From positions 6,076,001-6,140,000 of the forward strand of contig NW_026262668.1 in the NCBI RefSeq assembly GCF_021869535.1: a stretch of DNA of 64,000 nucleotides, given 5' to 3'. This DNA comes from Mytilus californianus (Eukaryota). The notes under the pieces were generated by a model that saw only the letters and a list, made by a program, of their open reading frames with translations, had not been told where the DNA came from and made no database searches. The position numbers and the translations under genes are program-made. Shown here one piece after another: positions 38,801 to 53,800 of the stretch. The number at the start of each line of letters is the position of its first letter. Position 1 is the stretch's first letter.

Positions 38801-41800
38801 AAAGCTTTTGCCAAATACAACTAAGACACACCATAGAAATGTGTAAAAAAAATTGAAGTTTATTGTTTGCCACACGCTAAGTAACAAAGATTACTTCATG
38901 TGGAATTTCATTATTCTAGTTAATATTTACTCAAATGAACAAACATGTTTAATGCTATGACATATTTTCCAGCCATCAATGTAAAATAATAAAACGAGTA
39001 GGAAACAGTGTTTTCAATTTTTAATGTATATCTTAATCTTATTATGCCGAATAAATAAATGTATTCGTGTTTTTTTTTTTCATGTTTATTGTGGAGTTGT
39101 AAATACATTTTATTAAATTCCGAAGAACTTTAGAACTCTGGAAGTCACGATACATACTGAAATATTGAAATTTCACCCCTTAATCATCGTAAAATGCAGG
39201 AATCCCGCGTGTATCGTTCGCTTTTAACCTATTTTCTCTCTAAAGGCAGACTTTTTCCTATTTTTTATCAACATAATTCTGATCAAATAATTTTACAACA
39301 GATTGAAAGATTTATTTTTTCATATTGTGGTACTTTGGACAACAGTATGAGCTGTTATGATTGGCTTTTTATTTTGTAGAAAAGCATGATTGTAGTTAAT
39401 AATGACAATAAACTTCCTTATATTTGTAAAAATAAATAATTATATATGGATAGAAGAGAATAAGAATTTAAAATTTTAAAATGATATTTAGATGTTCAGT
39501 AAATTTTATAACTTTACAGGAATTTCTGAGTGCATTTAAGTTTTGGATTTTCAAATATTTTGATCCATTTGTGTTACAGACACACATTTCGTTATTCTAT
39601 TAAGTTGTTTTGCGTACTGTCCTAAATTATTTTAGTTATTCGTTGTTATTCTGTGGTTAACACAATTAATGTACTATTATATTATTTATTTATGTATTTA
39701 TCTGTCTTTAGTGTTTTTGCATTTATTTGTACTCTGTTCCCGTCATGTAATGTTGTCATTTTAGCGGTATATTTAACATTGCCATAAAGCGCGGAGGTTT
39801 GGCTAGCCACAAAACCAGGTTCAACCCACCATTTTTTCTTAAAATGTCCTGTACCAAGTCAGGAATATGGCAGTTGTTATCTAAAAGTTCGTTTCTATGA
39901 ATGTTGCATTGATGTTTGTTTTTTGTTCAACTTCTGTGTTCTGTTATTTCGTTGTTTTCCTCTTATAGTTGATGTGTTTCCCTCGGTTTTAGTTTGTAAC
40001 CCGGATTTGTTTTCTCTCAATCGATTTATGACATTTTAATAGCGGTATACTACTGTTGCCTTTATTTGACACCCAGGTGAAGAAATCTTAATGGTCGTAG
40101 TGCATTCTGGTGCAATAAATTCCTTTTATATATGATGAGGGTTTTTTTTTGTGCCGTTAAATAATTTAAAGTGACATAATATGCTTGAAGTCACGCCATT
40201 AGTTAGAGGAAATAATTAAAATTAAAATTTACCAGTGTTCCACAGTAAAAAAAAAGTTGCAATTGAGAAGTGAAAAATGCACATTAGAAATAAAAGAAGA
40301 CAAGAAATTGAGCTTTATACTGAATTAAGATACAGCAAAACGATCGTTTTTATAATTACTTACCCTTTTTTCTTTCTGTTTACATAATAAAACATTTTAA
40401 AAGATTATTTGAAGTACGTCTATAATATTCCATTACAGCTTGTTCAATCAAAAGAAGGCCTTGACTACACATCTGTTGAGGAGATACGTAAAGGAACGAT
40501 GCATGAATTTAAGCAACGAGAGCAGTTAATTGACATGTTTAAGAAGCTGTTAAAATGTCTCCTTGGATTTACTTTTCTACGAGTTATTTACAGGTATCTC
40601 TTTAAATCTTTTTTACTTTTAGATCACTTTTCATCAATTATTTTCATCTAATGGCTTAAAAATGAAAACAACACGTTATAAATTTCATGCGTCTGAAGCG
40701 CGTTTCTGGATTTACCGTCGTCAGGAACGATCAATAACGAATATTTAAAAGGCTAGGATGTATAAGAATCGAAAGAGTTGAAGAGCGATATGATCAAAGT
40801 AACCTTAAAACAAAAATAAAAATCCATCTACGGTCAACTTTTCCGTAGGGAATTGAGACCTTAGTTTCATTATAATTTCAAAATTTATAAAAGGATAATT
40901 TTAGAAAGGTTTGTTATAAATCATGTCAGTACCGAAGTACCGACTACTGAGCAGATGATACCCTCGGAGACTGATACTCCACCAGCAGAGGTATCGACCC
41001 ATTGCTGTAAAAAATGAAAACAACACGTTATGAATTGCATACGTCCGAAGCTGTGTCTACCTTCATCAGGAACGCTCAAACCCAAATACTGTAGATTCTT
41101 TATTTTTCGTGGGATACCAATTTTTGTAGATTTCGTGGGTACAAGTGAACCACAAGTGAACCACGAATTTTAATGTTCATCGAAGTAAAAATTGTCTATA
41201 GGCTTGTATGCAGACTTTGCCAAATCCACGAAATCAGATACTAGTAGTCACAAAAATACAATTTTTCCTTTAACCACGAAAATGATACCAACGAAAATAA
41301 ATGAATCCACAGTATTTGAAGGCCAAAGATGTATAAGAACCGAAGTGTCAAATATCAAAATATCAAATTCACTTTGTCAATATGTGATCAAAGTTCCAGG
41401 TTCCTGATTTTCTTGTTGACATTTATCTGAGCATGATATACGTACGTAACAGAATGCGTAATCCTCGCCGTTTCGTTAGAACAAAGATTCCAGATTGAAC
41501 CAATTTGAAGGGATTGTTCTCATGCTATTCACATCATTTATTCTTTATAATGATCACAGAAATCACTTTATTCGTCTGTATGTCCAAAAGAAAGGATTTT
41601 GGATAGCAACTTGATTTTTTGAAAGGTTTCGTAACTCCTGACCAAATTTCTTACTGAGGAAGCCCCTAAAAAGGTTTTTTTTCTGTAATTTAGTGCCCTG
41701 GAAAAATATTCCTCCTTTTAATCATTTTAAACATACATGAAATTGATTTTTAAAAAAGGAAGGAGAATCCAACTATAAAACTATGTATTTATTCAGATTT

Positions 41801-44800
41801 TCAACTTCCTTTCTCGTAAATACTATTTCTTAGCTTCAAAAGCAGAATATGCTAACCCTTTCAGAGCACCTGAGATCAATACGTTTTGGCAGTGTTTGTG
41901 TAGCTCAGTCTTAAGTTTTCTATTTTGTGTTTTGTTGACAGTTATTTGTTTTATGGTCGTTTTCGAAAAGTGATTTTAGAATATTCGATGGACATGTCGG
42001 CACCCTTGATTTCGTTATTTTTAAGCTTATCCGACTTTTTTTATTTAATAGCATTAACAATTTGCCAAGGAATCCAATCTTTTCCTTGATTAATTTCATT
42101 GAATATTCAACTAAATGTCTGTAAAATCTTGTTAATTTTGCTATCTATATAGTGCTAACGTTTCTTTACAACACATATTCATCTCTTAAACTTCTTGGCC
42201 AACATCATCTTTGGGGTATCTAGTTTGAAAAAAGTGTCAGTTGAATTGTTTGGACGCCACAACGATTTTCAATGTGACTTCATGGATCCGTTTAAGAAGA
42301 AATCAGGTAGAAAAGGCAACTCGAGCTGACGGAAATTTCAACAATTAATTTTGTAAGCCGATTTTGGAGTCAAACATTTTTAAATTAAAAGTTGCGTTTG
42401 CATTGATAAAAATGAAGTTAGATTATAAATGTTGTACATGGTACCAGAAATGGTAAGCAACATGATTATTTTTTGGTAAAATCAGACATGAGGAGTCATT
42501 TCGGAAAATATTAAAGTTATCTGATATATACAGATATTTACATGTCTCGATATTGATACAGTTGTAAAAATTGATATCATTTTTTGCTTACATAGCTCTT
42601 CAACTGTTTCGGTTGTTATATATCCATGGCTTTCAAATATTCGGCTTTGAGCGTTCTCAATTAAAGTAAATCCAGAAAAGCGCGTCGGACGCATGAAATC
42701 TATGAAGTGTTGTTTTGATATTTTAAAGCACTGGGTTGATACCACTGCTAGCTAGTGAACTATAAGTCCCAGAGTGTATCATCAGCTCAGTAGTCAGTAC
42801 TTCGGTACTGACATGATTTATAACAAACCTTTCTTAACTTGTCCTGTTATTAATTTAAAAATTGATACTAAGGTTTCAACTCCTCAGGCAAATTTGACCA
42901 TAAATGGATTTGGCTATTATTTGTATATCCTTTTTAATCATATAGCACTTCAACTATTTCGGTTTTCATACATCCTTGACTTACACATATTCGGCTTTGT
43001 GAGTTCCTAGTGAAGGTAAATCGAGAAAAGCGCTTAAAACGCATAAAATTTATAAAGAGTTGTTTAAATATTTTGTTTTTGTTGTACAGTTTATTCTTAT
43101 ATTGTGCTATAATGGCCTAGTGTTATCTTTCCTCGTCAGTAGAATCTAGAACACAGTACATGATATATTAGGCATGAAGATTGAATTGATTGCAGATTCG
43201 TCTCAAATTTAGCCCAACAATGTTAGATCTTCAAATTTGCGTTAGCAAATTTTTGTGTTTCCCTCAGCGGGATTCGAACCCTTGTGTCTGTGACATCGTG
43301 TCAACACCGCCTGCACCATTTAAAGCGCCCTATGCCACTTGACCACCTAGGCTACATAAAAATAAAGTTTTCGGTGGACGATGTAATACTTTTCCTCGTC
43401 GGCTTTATCTAGGGTTGTAACACAGTACATGACGAATATCAAATGAATATTTCTGTGACTGCATCTTACGATCCTTTACGATAGATAATTTAGCTAATCT
43501 GCAATCAACTCTATCTTCATGCCTAATACCGGTATATCATGTACTGTGTTACAACTCTAGATTCTACTGACGAAGAAAGGTAACACTAGGCCACCGAAAG
43601 CTGAATTTTTAGTTCAGTCTAGGTGACCGAGTGGTCTAGAGCGCTGGACACAGTGCAGGCGGTGTTTTGTCGAGATCTCAATAGCATAAGTTCGAATCCC
43701 TGCGAGGGAAGAACAAAAGTTTGCTTCAGCAAATTTGCAGATTTAACATTGTTGTGCTGATATTTAGAGTAATTATGTATACATATAACTTATTTGGGAA
43801 ATATATATATAGCAAAAGTAAATAAATACGGAGTACAGAATGTATATATCAAAATTTGTAATTCGCAAAGACTACATTTCACATCAAATAATAACAATTC
43901 GTTAAAATAATGTCACTAGCGCTTTCATGCCTTCTGCCAATCTTCAGGCGACGATTGAACAATGTCCTTGACGACACTACCGTTGGTAACGTCCTGTACC
44001 AAGTCAGGAAAATGGCCATTGTTATATTATAGTTCGTTTCTGTGTGTGTTACATTTTAATGTTGTGTTTTTGTTGTGTCGTTGTTCTCCTCTTATATTTG
44101 ATGCGTTTCCCTCAGTTTTAGTTTGTAACCCGGATTTGTTTTTATCTCTATCGATTTATGAGTTTTCGAACAACGGTATACTACTGTTGTCTTTATTCAT
44201 TATGTTATAATAATAATAAGGGGAGATAAATATAACGTGTTTACGTAGACCCGTTTAATTTTAGCTGAACAACCTTTATAAAGTGTGCTTCTTTTGCCAG
44301 TCTTTTATATTTATTAGATTCGTTCATTTTATAGACGTATTTCCGTTCTATAAAATGAACGAATCTAATTAAATGGTGATATGCTTAATAAGCATAGAAA
44401 AAAACCTACGATCGTGTTGGATATATGATTAGATTTATGTTTTTTTTTCCAGCTCTTACAAATATAACAAAAAATATTTGTCGGACTTCAACTTTGACAA
44501 TGTTTACATCTCAGACTACTTTAAACATATTGACAACAGAAGGAAAGCACAGGTACTTTATATCATACTAAATAATTTGCATAAATGTTAATTATTACAA
44601 TATACATATAAACATACTCTCAGAGTTGGTAAAATCACTCGAAACTAGGTAAGACATGCGCAGTAGTGATATATATGTAGTATAAATATAGAAAATTGAA
44701 TATTTTAATCAACAAAAAAAATTTTTTAAAAATATCTGTATCATATACCCAAGCGCCTGTGTATGCAATATCTAAAAGAAGGCAGTTTTTCTTTTATTTT

Positions 44801-47800
44801 GAAATGAAGAAAACGTTTGTTTTCAATTCTGCCTGACATATTATTTTGCTAAATAAATCTAATTTTTTTTTTTTTTTTGTCATTTTTTGGGGTATTATTT
44901 TGTTTATAAATAAACGATAGTGTGAAGATAAACATTTATATATTTATACTAACGTATGTTAACTTTGTTATTTTGTTTATCATCGTCATGCAATGATTTT
45001 TCCTAAATCAATTATTGTAGATATTTTTTTGAACAAATAAGTTAGGTCGGCTAAATTATGTATTAACTCGAGTTTTAAAGTGCTATATAAACAAAAAAAT
45101 AAGCAATTATCCAACAAAGTTACTTTGAATATGCTGCAAAAAGTTTTTTTTTCCTTTTCTTTATGTTTGGTAAGATGATTGTACTTTTTTTTTTTAATTA
45201 ACACACTCTTTTTTTCAAAATAATTCATGGTTTTTGTACTATATGAATGGATAGATTTATATTCAACGCCAAGTGGCAAATACCAATTGCATATCAAGAC
45301 GAGAAAAACATAATGTCGAACCGACCAGTCTTTGCGCTAAAAGACGTTTTCTTAGCCAAGGATCAGCAAAAATCAATTTTCAAGTATGCGGTTTGATCCG
45401 ACCGCAGATTCCAGGAAGTTTTGTAAGTCGATCTCGGCTGTAATAAAAAAAAAATTGGGGTATACAATTACCGTTGTTAGTTTGATATGAAAAAAAGTGT
45501 TTTGTGTTGGTAGCTCAATGTAGGAGAATTTTTCATCTTTTCAATCTTAGATTGTCGATTAGAACTGCTAGAGTGACAATGGTGGTATTGAATATTATAT
45601 ATTATTTACAATTATGATTAATATTTGTTTTCCATTCAATGTCCGTTCAATCCTTGTATGGTCTGAAGTTTGTATATTTAAGATTTTTTACAACCCTTAC
45701 CTTGCAGGAAAAACGTGGATTATTACCACTAAAAAAGTCAGAAATGAAGCGTTTGGTTTTCCCCTGGAGCTCAAAGCTCATGTCAGCGGAAAAGAAGAAA
45801 TTGGTAATCATTTTGGTGGTCTAGTTTAACTGTATTTCAACATTTATTTAAGATAAAAAAAAAAGTTATATAAATAAATGTGAATAATTAACCTGTTCAC
45901 ATTATATGCATTCATGTACATTAAAGAAGCAAAGTAAAACAGCTTTCCAGCTGAAGCCCGCCTCCGGGTGCGATATTTTCTCGCTGTGTTGAAGACCCAT
46001 TGGTGGCCTTCGGCTGTTTTCTTTTCTTAAGACGGGTTGTTGTCACTTTGACATATTCCCCTTTTCCATTCTCAATTTTATACATCTTTACATACATCAT
46101 TTTCCGAGTATTTTGTCTTCTTCTTATTTGTTAGAATTTGTATTATTTTGCAATTAATACGTACAGGCAGGCAGATGACACGAAAGGGTTTGCAAGAAAA
46201 GGTACAAACAAATTACTATGTCTCAGTATAATCGAGTCACTGGTGTGAACGACATCATTTAGGCAATCTATTCATTGAATATGGTGGTACAATATTGAGA
46301 CATTGGAATATGTCATTTGAATTAATCTTACTAGAATTTGAAATTACAGATACCTTATAAGCTTCAGAAAGTAAATCTCTGTATTTCTAGTAAGTTACAA
46401 TAATTTTATACAGAAATAATAAACAATCTAGTAATGATACAGTTCCATAACGTACAAAAATATCCCGGGTATTAACAGGGAGCCAGATAGAATAACCACA
46501 ACGAAGTATTATAAATGTTTAATATAAAACTGACAATCCGAATTGAAAGTTAGTAGGTGTAATGGGAAGCATACAATGAATTCCAATTTACGACATAAGC
46601 ATATCATGCATATCTAACCAACATAATATTACGCAAGAACAACCAGCGCTTGAGTGATCTAATACATTGATTTTTGTTTTAGATTTTAGTGAAGCAAATA
46701 TCTTGCAAAAAGTTATAATTCCTCCTTAATACTACTACATAACAACCTTACCCTTGGTATCTTCCGCCTCTCTTTCGACAATAATCAAAAAGTTAAATTC
46801 AAATGACCTCAATTCCTATCAAAATTTACGCGAGTACACGACAATTTAGCTCGATGAAAAACCGGACCGCCTTTACAAAAACAACTTGGACCGTCTAATC
46901 TATACAGACATGGCAGACTGTCCTACAGACCATGAATGGCTGGTGTATTATTTATTCAATTTAAATACATGTATTGACGAGAACTTGGATGTCTGTGGGG
47001 ACAACTGAGAATGGAAATAAGAAAACTTTATCAACAATGAGCAAAACACACACGGTGTCATATATATATACGTGAAAATATATGGTATACACAAAAAGAA
47101 TGTATATTCATATTGCATGGACCATTAACGACATTCGATCTCAGTCAGTATAACATACATGTACTTTGCGATGCAAATGGTGCATCGACTCATCTAAACA
47201 CGATTATCAAATAACATATAACATATTTTAGATTTAGTCCATTATCTGATAAAAGTGGGTTTTTTTATGTTAAATAGTTTTAATATCATTTTATTCTATC
47301 ATTTAAAGTCTAAAGGAACCTTCATGATATTGATGCGATGTTTTATTACTGGTATTGTCATATACTCTGACTACCTCCTGTTTACTGTGATGGATATCAT
47401 ACGACGTCATAGCAGAGTTGATTATGCGCAGTTTGGTAAGATAGTGTAATTACCGTCAATTGTAACATTTGGTTTCTCAATTCAGTAATTTCTACAAAAA
47501 CAAAAGTTCTAAGTTTGATACAATGCTTATCACAAACTGTCCTTTTTGTTAATTGCCTCTTAATTGCATTTTCTCAATATATTCAAACAGCCTTGACATA
47601 CTTAAACTTGTCTCCTGGGTGTTTCTGGTGCATGTAAATTCATATAGTATCTACGTAGGTAGGCAATTCGATATATTTGAATATGATTACCGTCTCCGGA
47701 GTAGATTGTTTAAAGAGTTGAGCGATACACAGTCTTCGGAGTGAATGATGTCTGTTACATAATTGGATGAAATTACTTACTCAAATACGTTGATTGATTG

Positions 47801-50800
47801 AGACAATTTGTAAACGTTTTCCAATCCAACAGGGTTATCGGGGTTAAACTCTGCATTTTTAGTACTTTCCATATTTCAATAAAACCTGGCTCAATTAACG
47901 CGATTTTATTATTCGTAGATTGATGAAATATATCTTTTAAATAGAAAAATGTATATTGGAATTCGAAATCTACGCTTAGAAACCATGTAAAACATTGTGT
48001 CCAATATGTTAATTTTTCAAATTAACCTTTTAGAGCTTCATATTTTTCCTGATAGAACTCAAATTAAGTATTAAATCATTGGTTCAATACAGTCTCGCAT
48101 TACAAGATTTTTGTATTATATTGCTTGAGTGTCAAATATGATAACATTATGTATCAATTGAAAACTTGTTTAGTAACATCTTGTATACAAATTGTTGAAA
48201 AAAACTAAACATTTAAAAACAACTCATCGACTTGTGTTATCTTTCGTATCTTTAATAAATATTTTTTTTAATATAACCATTAGAGTAAAAAACAGGAATC
48301 TGATGTTCAGTAGTTGTCGTTTGTTGATGTGGTTCATAAGTGTTTCTCGTTTCTCGTTTTTTATATTTTTATATAGATTAGACCGTTGGTTTTCCCGTTT
48401 GAATGGTTTTACACTAGTAATTTTTGGGGCCTTTTATAGCTTGCTGTTCGGTGTGAGCCAAGACTCCGTGTTGAAGACCGTACTTTGACCTATAATGGTT
48501 TACTTTTATAAATTTTTACTTGGATGGAGATTTGTCTCATTGGCACTCATACCACATCTTCTTATATCTATTTATTTTAAATTTGGCATCATATTAACAT
48601 ATTCTCATCCTGATAATCATATATACCAGCAGAAATAATGTATAATCGGGAGACAATTTTGACGAAGTAGAATTCTGTCTGTAATTGAAAGGCGTACATT
48701 AATAACGTTGCAGTTTTCTTTCTGATTTGCTTCTTATACATGGAGTTCTGTGTTTAAGAACATTTTGGTTCTGAGATAATATATGAATACCTTATTTGAA
48801 AAAAATACACCTATTTCAACTCTTTACTTTGTCGATTAATAACTTCAGATGTCAAATACTTGTTTCTTCATCGAAAAAGGACAAATTTAATTAGCAAATG
48901 ATATAATAAGAAAAAGCCCAGTTAGGGCCTTCCAGAAAAGTGGAAGAAAATAAGATTTTGTCATAGAATTTCAAGCTTACTATGGATTCATTATCATTCG
49001 TGGGATACTAGTTTTCGTGGAATTCATGGGTATTCGTTAACCACGACTTTAATGTTTAACAAATTACAAATGTTCTATAGGCTTGTATAAAGACTTTGGC
49101 AAAACTATGAATTCAAATATCCACTGATTAAAAGTACTATCCACGAAAATTGGTACAGATGAAAATAAAAGAATCCACAATGTTGAATTTTAAATACTGA
49201 TGTCAACCTTATATTCAGTACATTGATATATATATATTCCTTGCTTGGTATAACAATCGCAATTTTGAAAGTATTTTTATGAATTTAAACAGGAAAAGAA
49301 AATACTAATCGTTGTGAATTTTATGCCGCGTGTCATAATAAAAGCTTTGCTTAATTTTAATTAAAGGCTTGTGTACAAAGGTCATGATATCAGCGTGATT
49401 CAATTATTAATTCATTGCAGGAAAACATCATATTGTGGTACGAGTTTTCGGCAAGGGCTTCATGTCCAATATTGTGAGGATGTTCATTAAAAGTTTTGAT
49501 GCAAAGCACGAAATTGATGAAGTCAGTACTAACTATGGTAAGTTTATCTTTAAGAATAAAACTTGAATATGTAATTTCATCCAATTGTGTCCTATAATCT
49601 GGCGTGAGATTTCTGACAGTAGGATAGGCATGGGGCATGATACATGCAAGTCAAAAGACTGTCAACTGTCGACGCATCTGACCTTTCTCCGTTTGATATC
49701 AATGCTATTCCCTCACGGTTGTTTTTCGACATTTAGAAAGAGTGTGGCTTTGCATGGTGAGAGTTGCATGTATATCAAGAGAAGCTTATCATGTTGACTG
49801 ACCTGGTCTGGCTTCTTTTGGAGTTTGATTGTTACATTGATGAGTCTCTTCTAAATTGGTTTACGAGAGTTCAACATCGGTAAACTATTGTCGTCTTAAT
49901 TTGAACATCGGTAAACTATTGTCATCTTGATTTGAACATCGGTAAACTATTGCCGTCTTAATTTGAACATCGGTAGACTATTGTCGTCTTAATTTGAACA
50001 TCGGTAAACTATTGTCGTCTTAAATTGAACATCGGTAAACTATTGTCGTCTTAATTTAAGCATCGGTAAACTATTGTCGTCTTAATTTGAACATCGGTAA
50101 ACTATTGTCGTCTTATTTTGAACATCGGTAAACTATTGTCGTCTTAATTTGAACATCGGTAAACTACTGCCAATTCTTATTTGACACTTAACGTGAACTG
50201 CTAGTCGTCCACAGTGCAACCGGAGTCTTAAGTTAGAGGCACTGAATATGTGATAGCAAAGTCTTCAATTTACAAAATTTGTTAACGATATTAGGGTTGA
50301 AGTGCATGTTAGCAAATTTTTCATCTTATAATAATCGTGTCAACATTATAAATCAGGGAAACAGGTTAAAGACCCGTTTGTTCGACAGAACAGTTAAGTA
50401 TAACAAGGTTTCTGAAATCACTCATTATCTGTATGATATTTGGTTATGTAGCTCATCTGTAAGGATCATGTGCTCTTTTCACATCTCATGGCGTCCGTCG
50501 TCGTCGTTGTCTGTCGTAGTCCGACTCAGACCGTTGAATTTTACAAAAACATTTCTCTGAAATTACTAAGCCAATTGGCAAAATTTGTTGACAATCATCC
50601 TTACCCATTGTGTAGCATCACCACCGTATATAGGTACACTCGAAGCGGTGGAAAAAAAAGTAAGGTTGAATTCTTATTTTATAAGAACTCTTAATTATAT
50701 TCTACGTATTGCTGACAAGTAAAGATTTGTGATACTGATTCCTAATACTAGTAATGTAGCTACAATTTAGGGCTAATATGATCCTTAATTGGCTTTCTCT

Positions 50801-53800
50801 CCCCCGAAATCGTCAGAATCGGTCCGCGTGGTGCCTGTTCAATGTGACGAGTTCAAACTTTTTAAAACACATTTATCCTTCAAGTATTCATTTGAAGTTT
50901 TTGTAGAACAAAGTTATATCATATTCAAGCTTGAACAACACTGTATTTCGAAATAAACTACTGTTTTCAGGGAAATTCATGCGAATAAAGCCGATAAATT
51001 GTACGGCGAATAATTTTTACTGTACGGGGAATAGAATAGATACTTTTTGTTGTCATTGTTTCTTTGCTTTGGGGTAACCTATATCCGGTGGTGATGCTAT
51101 ACACTGTTACGTGTCTAGTTTGATAACCGCTTGCTAACCAAAATGGTTAAAAAAAGAAGACAGGGGTTTAAATTCAATTGTTGCTCATTATTGTGTATGT
51201 TTGTAAAACCGTTATAGAGAAAAACTGACAGAGCCGAAAAGTTATACATGTCAAGATGTACGTACCGTCCATTTTGACTAAAATTGTAAGACGACTCCTT
51301 ATTGGAGAGATAAGCCTTGCATGACGATTTACACATATTAATTTTATGACTTAAATCGTCAGTCGACTCCTCGTAGAAGTTATTGCTCTTGAATGACGAA
51401 TAAACCCATTTTTTCTGCAGAAACTATAGTAGATAAAATCATCATAGATACCAGGATTAAAATTGTGAACGCCAGTCGCAAGTAATATATTCCTGTGATA
51501 GAAAATCCTTAGTATTTCAAAATTTAAAAAATTTGTAAACAGTTAATTTATAGTTAAGACCACCATAGCAATGGATAGAGAGACAACTGTGAATAGCAAA
51601 AGTAATCAGCAACATGAATTCTTCAAATAAAGGTGATATTGTCAGTTTACACCTCATAGAAGTTATTTTCCATTGAATTAATATTTTACCCATTTTTTGC
51701 GGGTTTTTAGTAGAGACAATAGGAGAAAGAAACTAGCCAAAATAATCAACTAAGAAGTAAAACTGTCAATTATTGTCAGTCGACGTTTTATAAGAGTAAT
51801 TGCCCTCAAATGATGATGCGACCTCTTTTGTTTTGTGGAAACATTCATAGTTGATACAGAGAAAAATGAACAGCTGAAATGATTAGCAGGACAAGATTTA
51901 CAAATAAATTCAATGTGAGATCGTCAATTGACTCCTTACAGGTGTTGTTGATCCAATTTTTTTTATCTTTGTTTAATGTTTTCAAAACTATAATGGATTG
52001 ACTAAACTTGGGTCAACAAAAATTATAATCAAGACAAGTTTTGGCCCGCACATTTTTCATTAAAGAAAATCAATGTAATGCAAAAATGCCAGGGGAGCGA
52101 TACAGGCTTCATTGAGCCTCTAGCTTCTGTAATCGAAAGAGAATCTGTATGATGCAGCATTTTTTTGAAATATTTTGGAAATAACCATATACCATAGGAA
52201 TAGACTTTGTTTGTATCACAGCTCTTCATTATAACAGTTCCTATAATGTCTTAAGCGAGAAACGAAGTACTCGAAACTTACAACAAAATAGATATATTTA
52301 GACTTAATACATTTAAAAGAATTTGAACAAATTTCATACGATCATATTTTTCCAGAATGCCTTCCAAGACCAGTAAGCATGGATAATAAATATATATTTT
52401 ACATCTATGGAAGTTTTGCGGCAGTTTGGTTATTGATGATAGTAGAATCCTATGGACTCAGGATTAGACGTCTTGTTGCCGCATTCTTCTTTAGAAAGGT
52501 ACTTTTATACAATAAGCAAGGACAGAGTTCATTTAATTGTCAAAAACAATATGACAGTTAGCACCGAAAAAAAGATGAAAATCACAATAATTTTGTTTTT
52601 ATGTTGTCCTATGTATAAAATTATGTCAACAGCGCTTTTTGAGTTTCCTTGTTAGAAAACTGGGTTAATTTGCACAAAGTGTATGAATAACCATTTTCTG
52701 AACTTAATTTGAATTTCAAAGCCTTTAAAAACAATTCTAAAAATAAGATAGATCAGAAAATTGTTTTATGTCTTATGTCTACCGGACAAATTTTAAATTA
52801 ATTGTGCATTTATTTTTCATTTATGTGTGTTCGGTGGTGAGTAGTCAATAAAATCTTGTACAAGTATTATCAAAATTTGATTTTTTCAATCAAGCTTTGA
52901 TTATGGAGTTTAGAAAGATATGTATGCATATTTGACTGTAGTGGTTAAGTGAAACATATTTTATTCAACAGAGAGAGAAGGCTAGGATTTTGTATCTGTT
53001 TAATGATTTGTACAAAAAGAGAGATGGCTATGCACGACATATGAGACATGAAGTGAGGAGAATGGCCAGAAAGAAAACTTTATCGGTAAGTTATCACACT
53101 TCAAAAAGTAAAACCTAAATAGACGTAAAACTCGTCGAAGTTATAAGTATAGCAAAAACACAAATGTTAATTTGATTATATTTAGAGTATTTAATATAAA
53201 AATGAGGAGATGTGGTATATTCACTAGTGACTAAATGACATAGATGCAAGCTTGTTTAACGAATCGCAACCTACCAATACATAATTGGTAGATATATAAT
53301 AGAGAATTATTGATACTCCACGTACCTAATGTTATATATATCTAGATTTAGAAAACTAGAATTTTTTTCAAGAATGTAAGACTCAACTTTGATTAGGAAG
53401 AAAAACAACTTACATTTGAGTTATTTCCTAATTCACTTTTAAAATATAATGTGTTTTATTTTGTTGCTTTTGTGTTTTTCCTAACAGGGATTGAAGATCA
53501 AGCACTGTGCACGTGCAACCTAATATAATCACAAATGAATACAATTAAACAAATTGATTTCCTGTTCTGTATATTTTTTTATGATCTGCACCGTATTTTT
53601 ATCACAAACAAAATTACAACTAATTAGATGAATTTACATACTTATGAATGCACGACAAATATATAATTTGTGATGAACTCACGTACATAGGTACTTGGAA
53701 CAGGACTATTCTTTAGTAACATCTCTGGGTTTTTTCTTACACGCAACATTTTTTCTCCCTTTTTTAACTTTGTAGAACAAAACGAGTTTATTAGGAAGTT

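Noticed and set aside
43620-43705. tRNA gene
   Set aside because: A and B boxes are present, but I could not fold a convincing acceptor stem and anticodon arm, and the sequence is part of a repeated unit.
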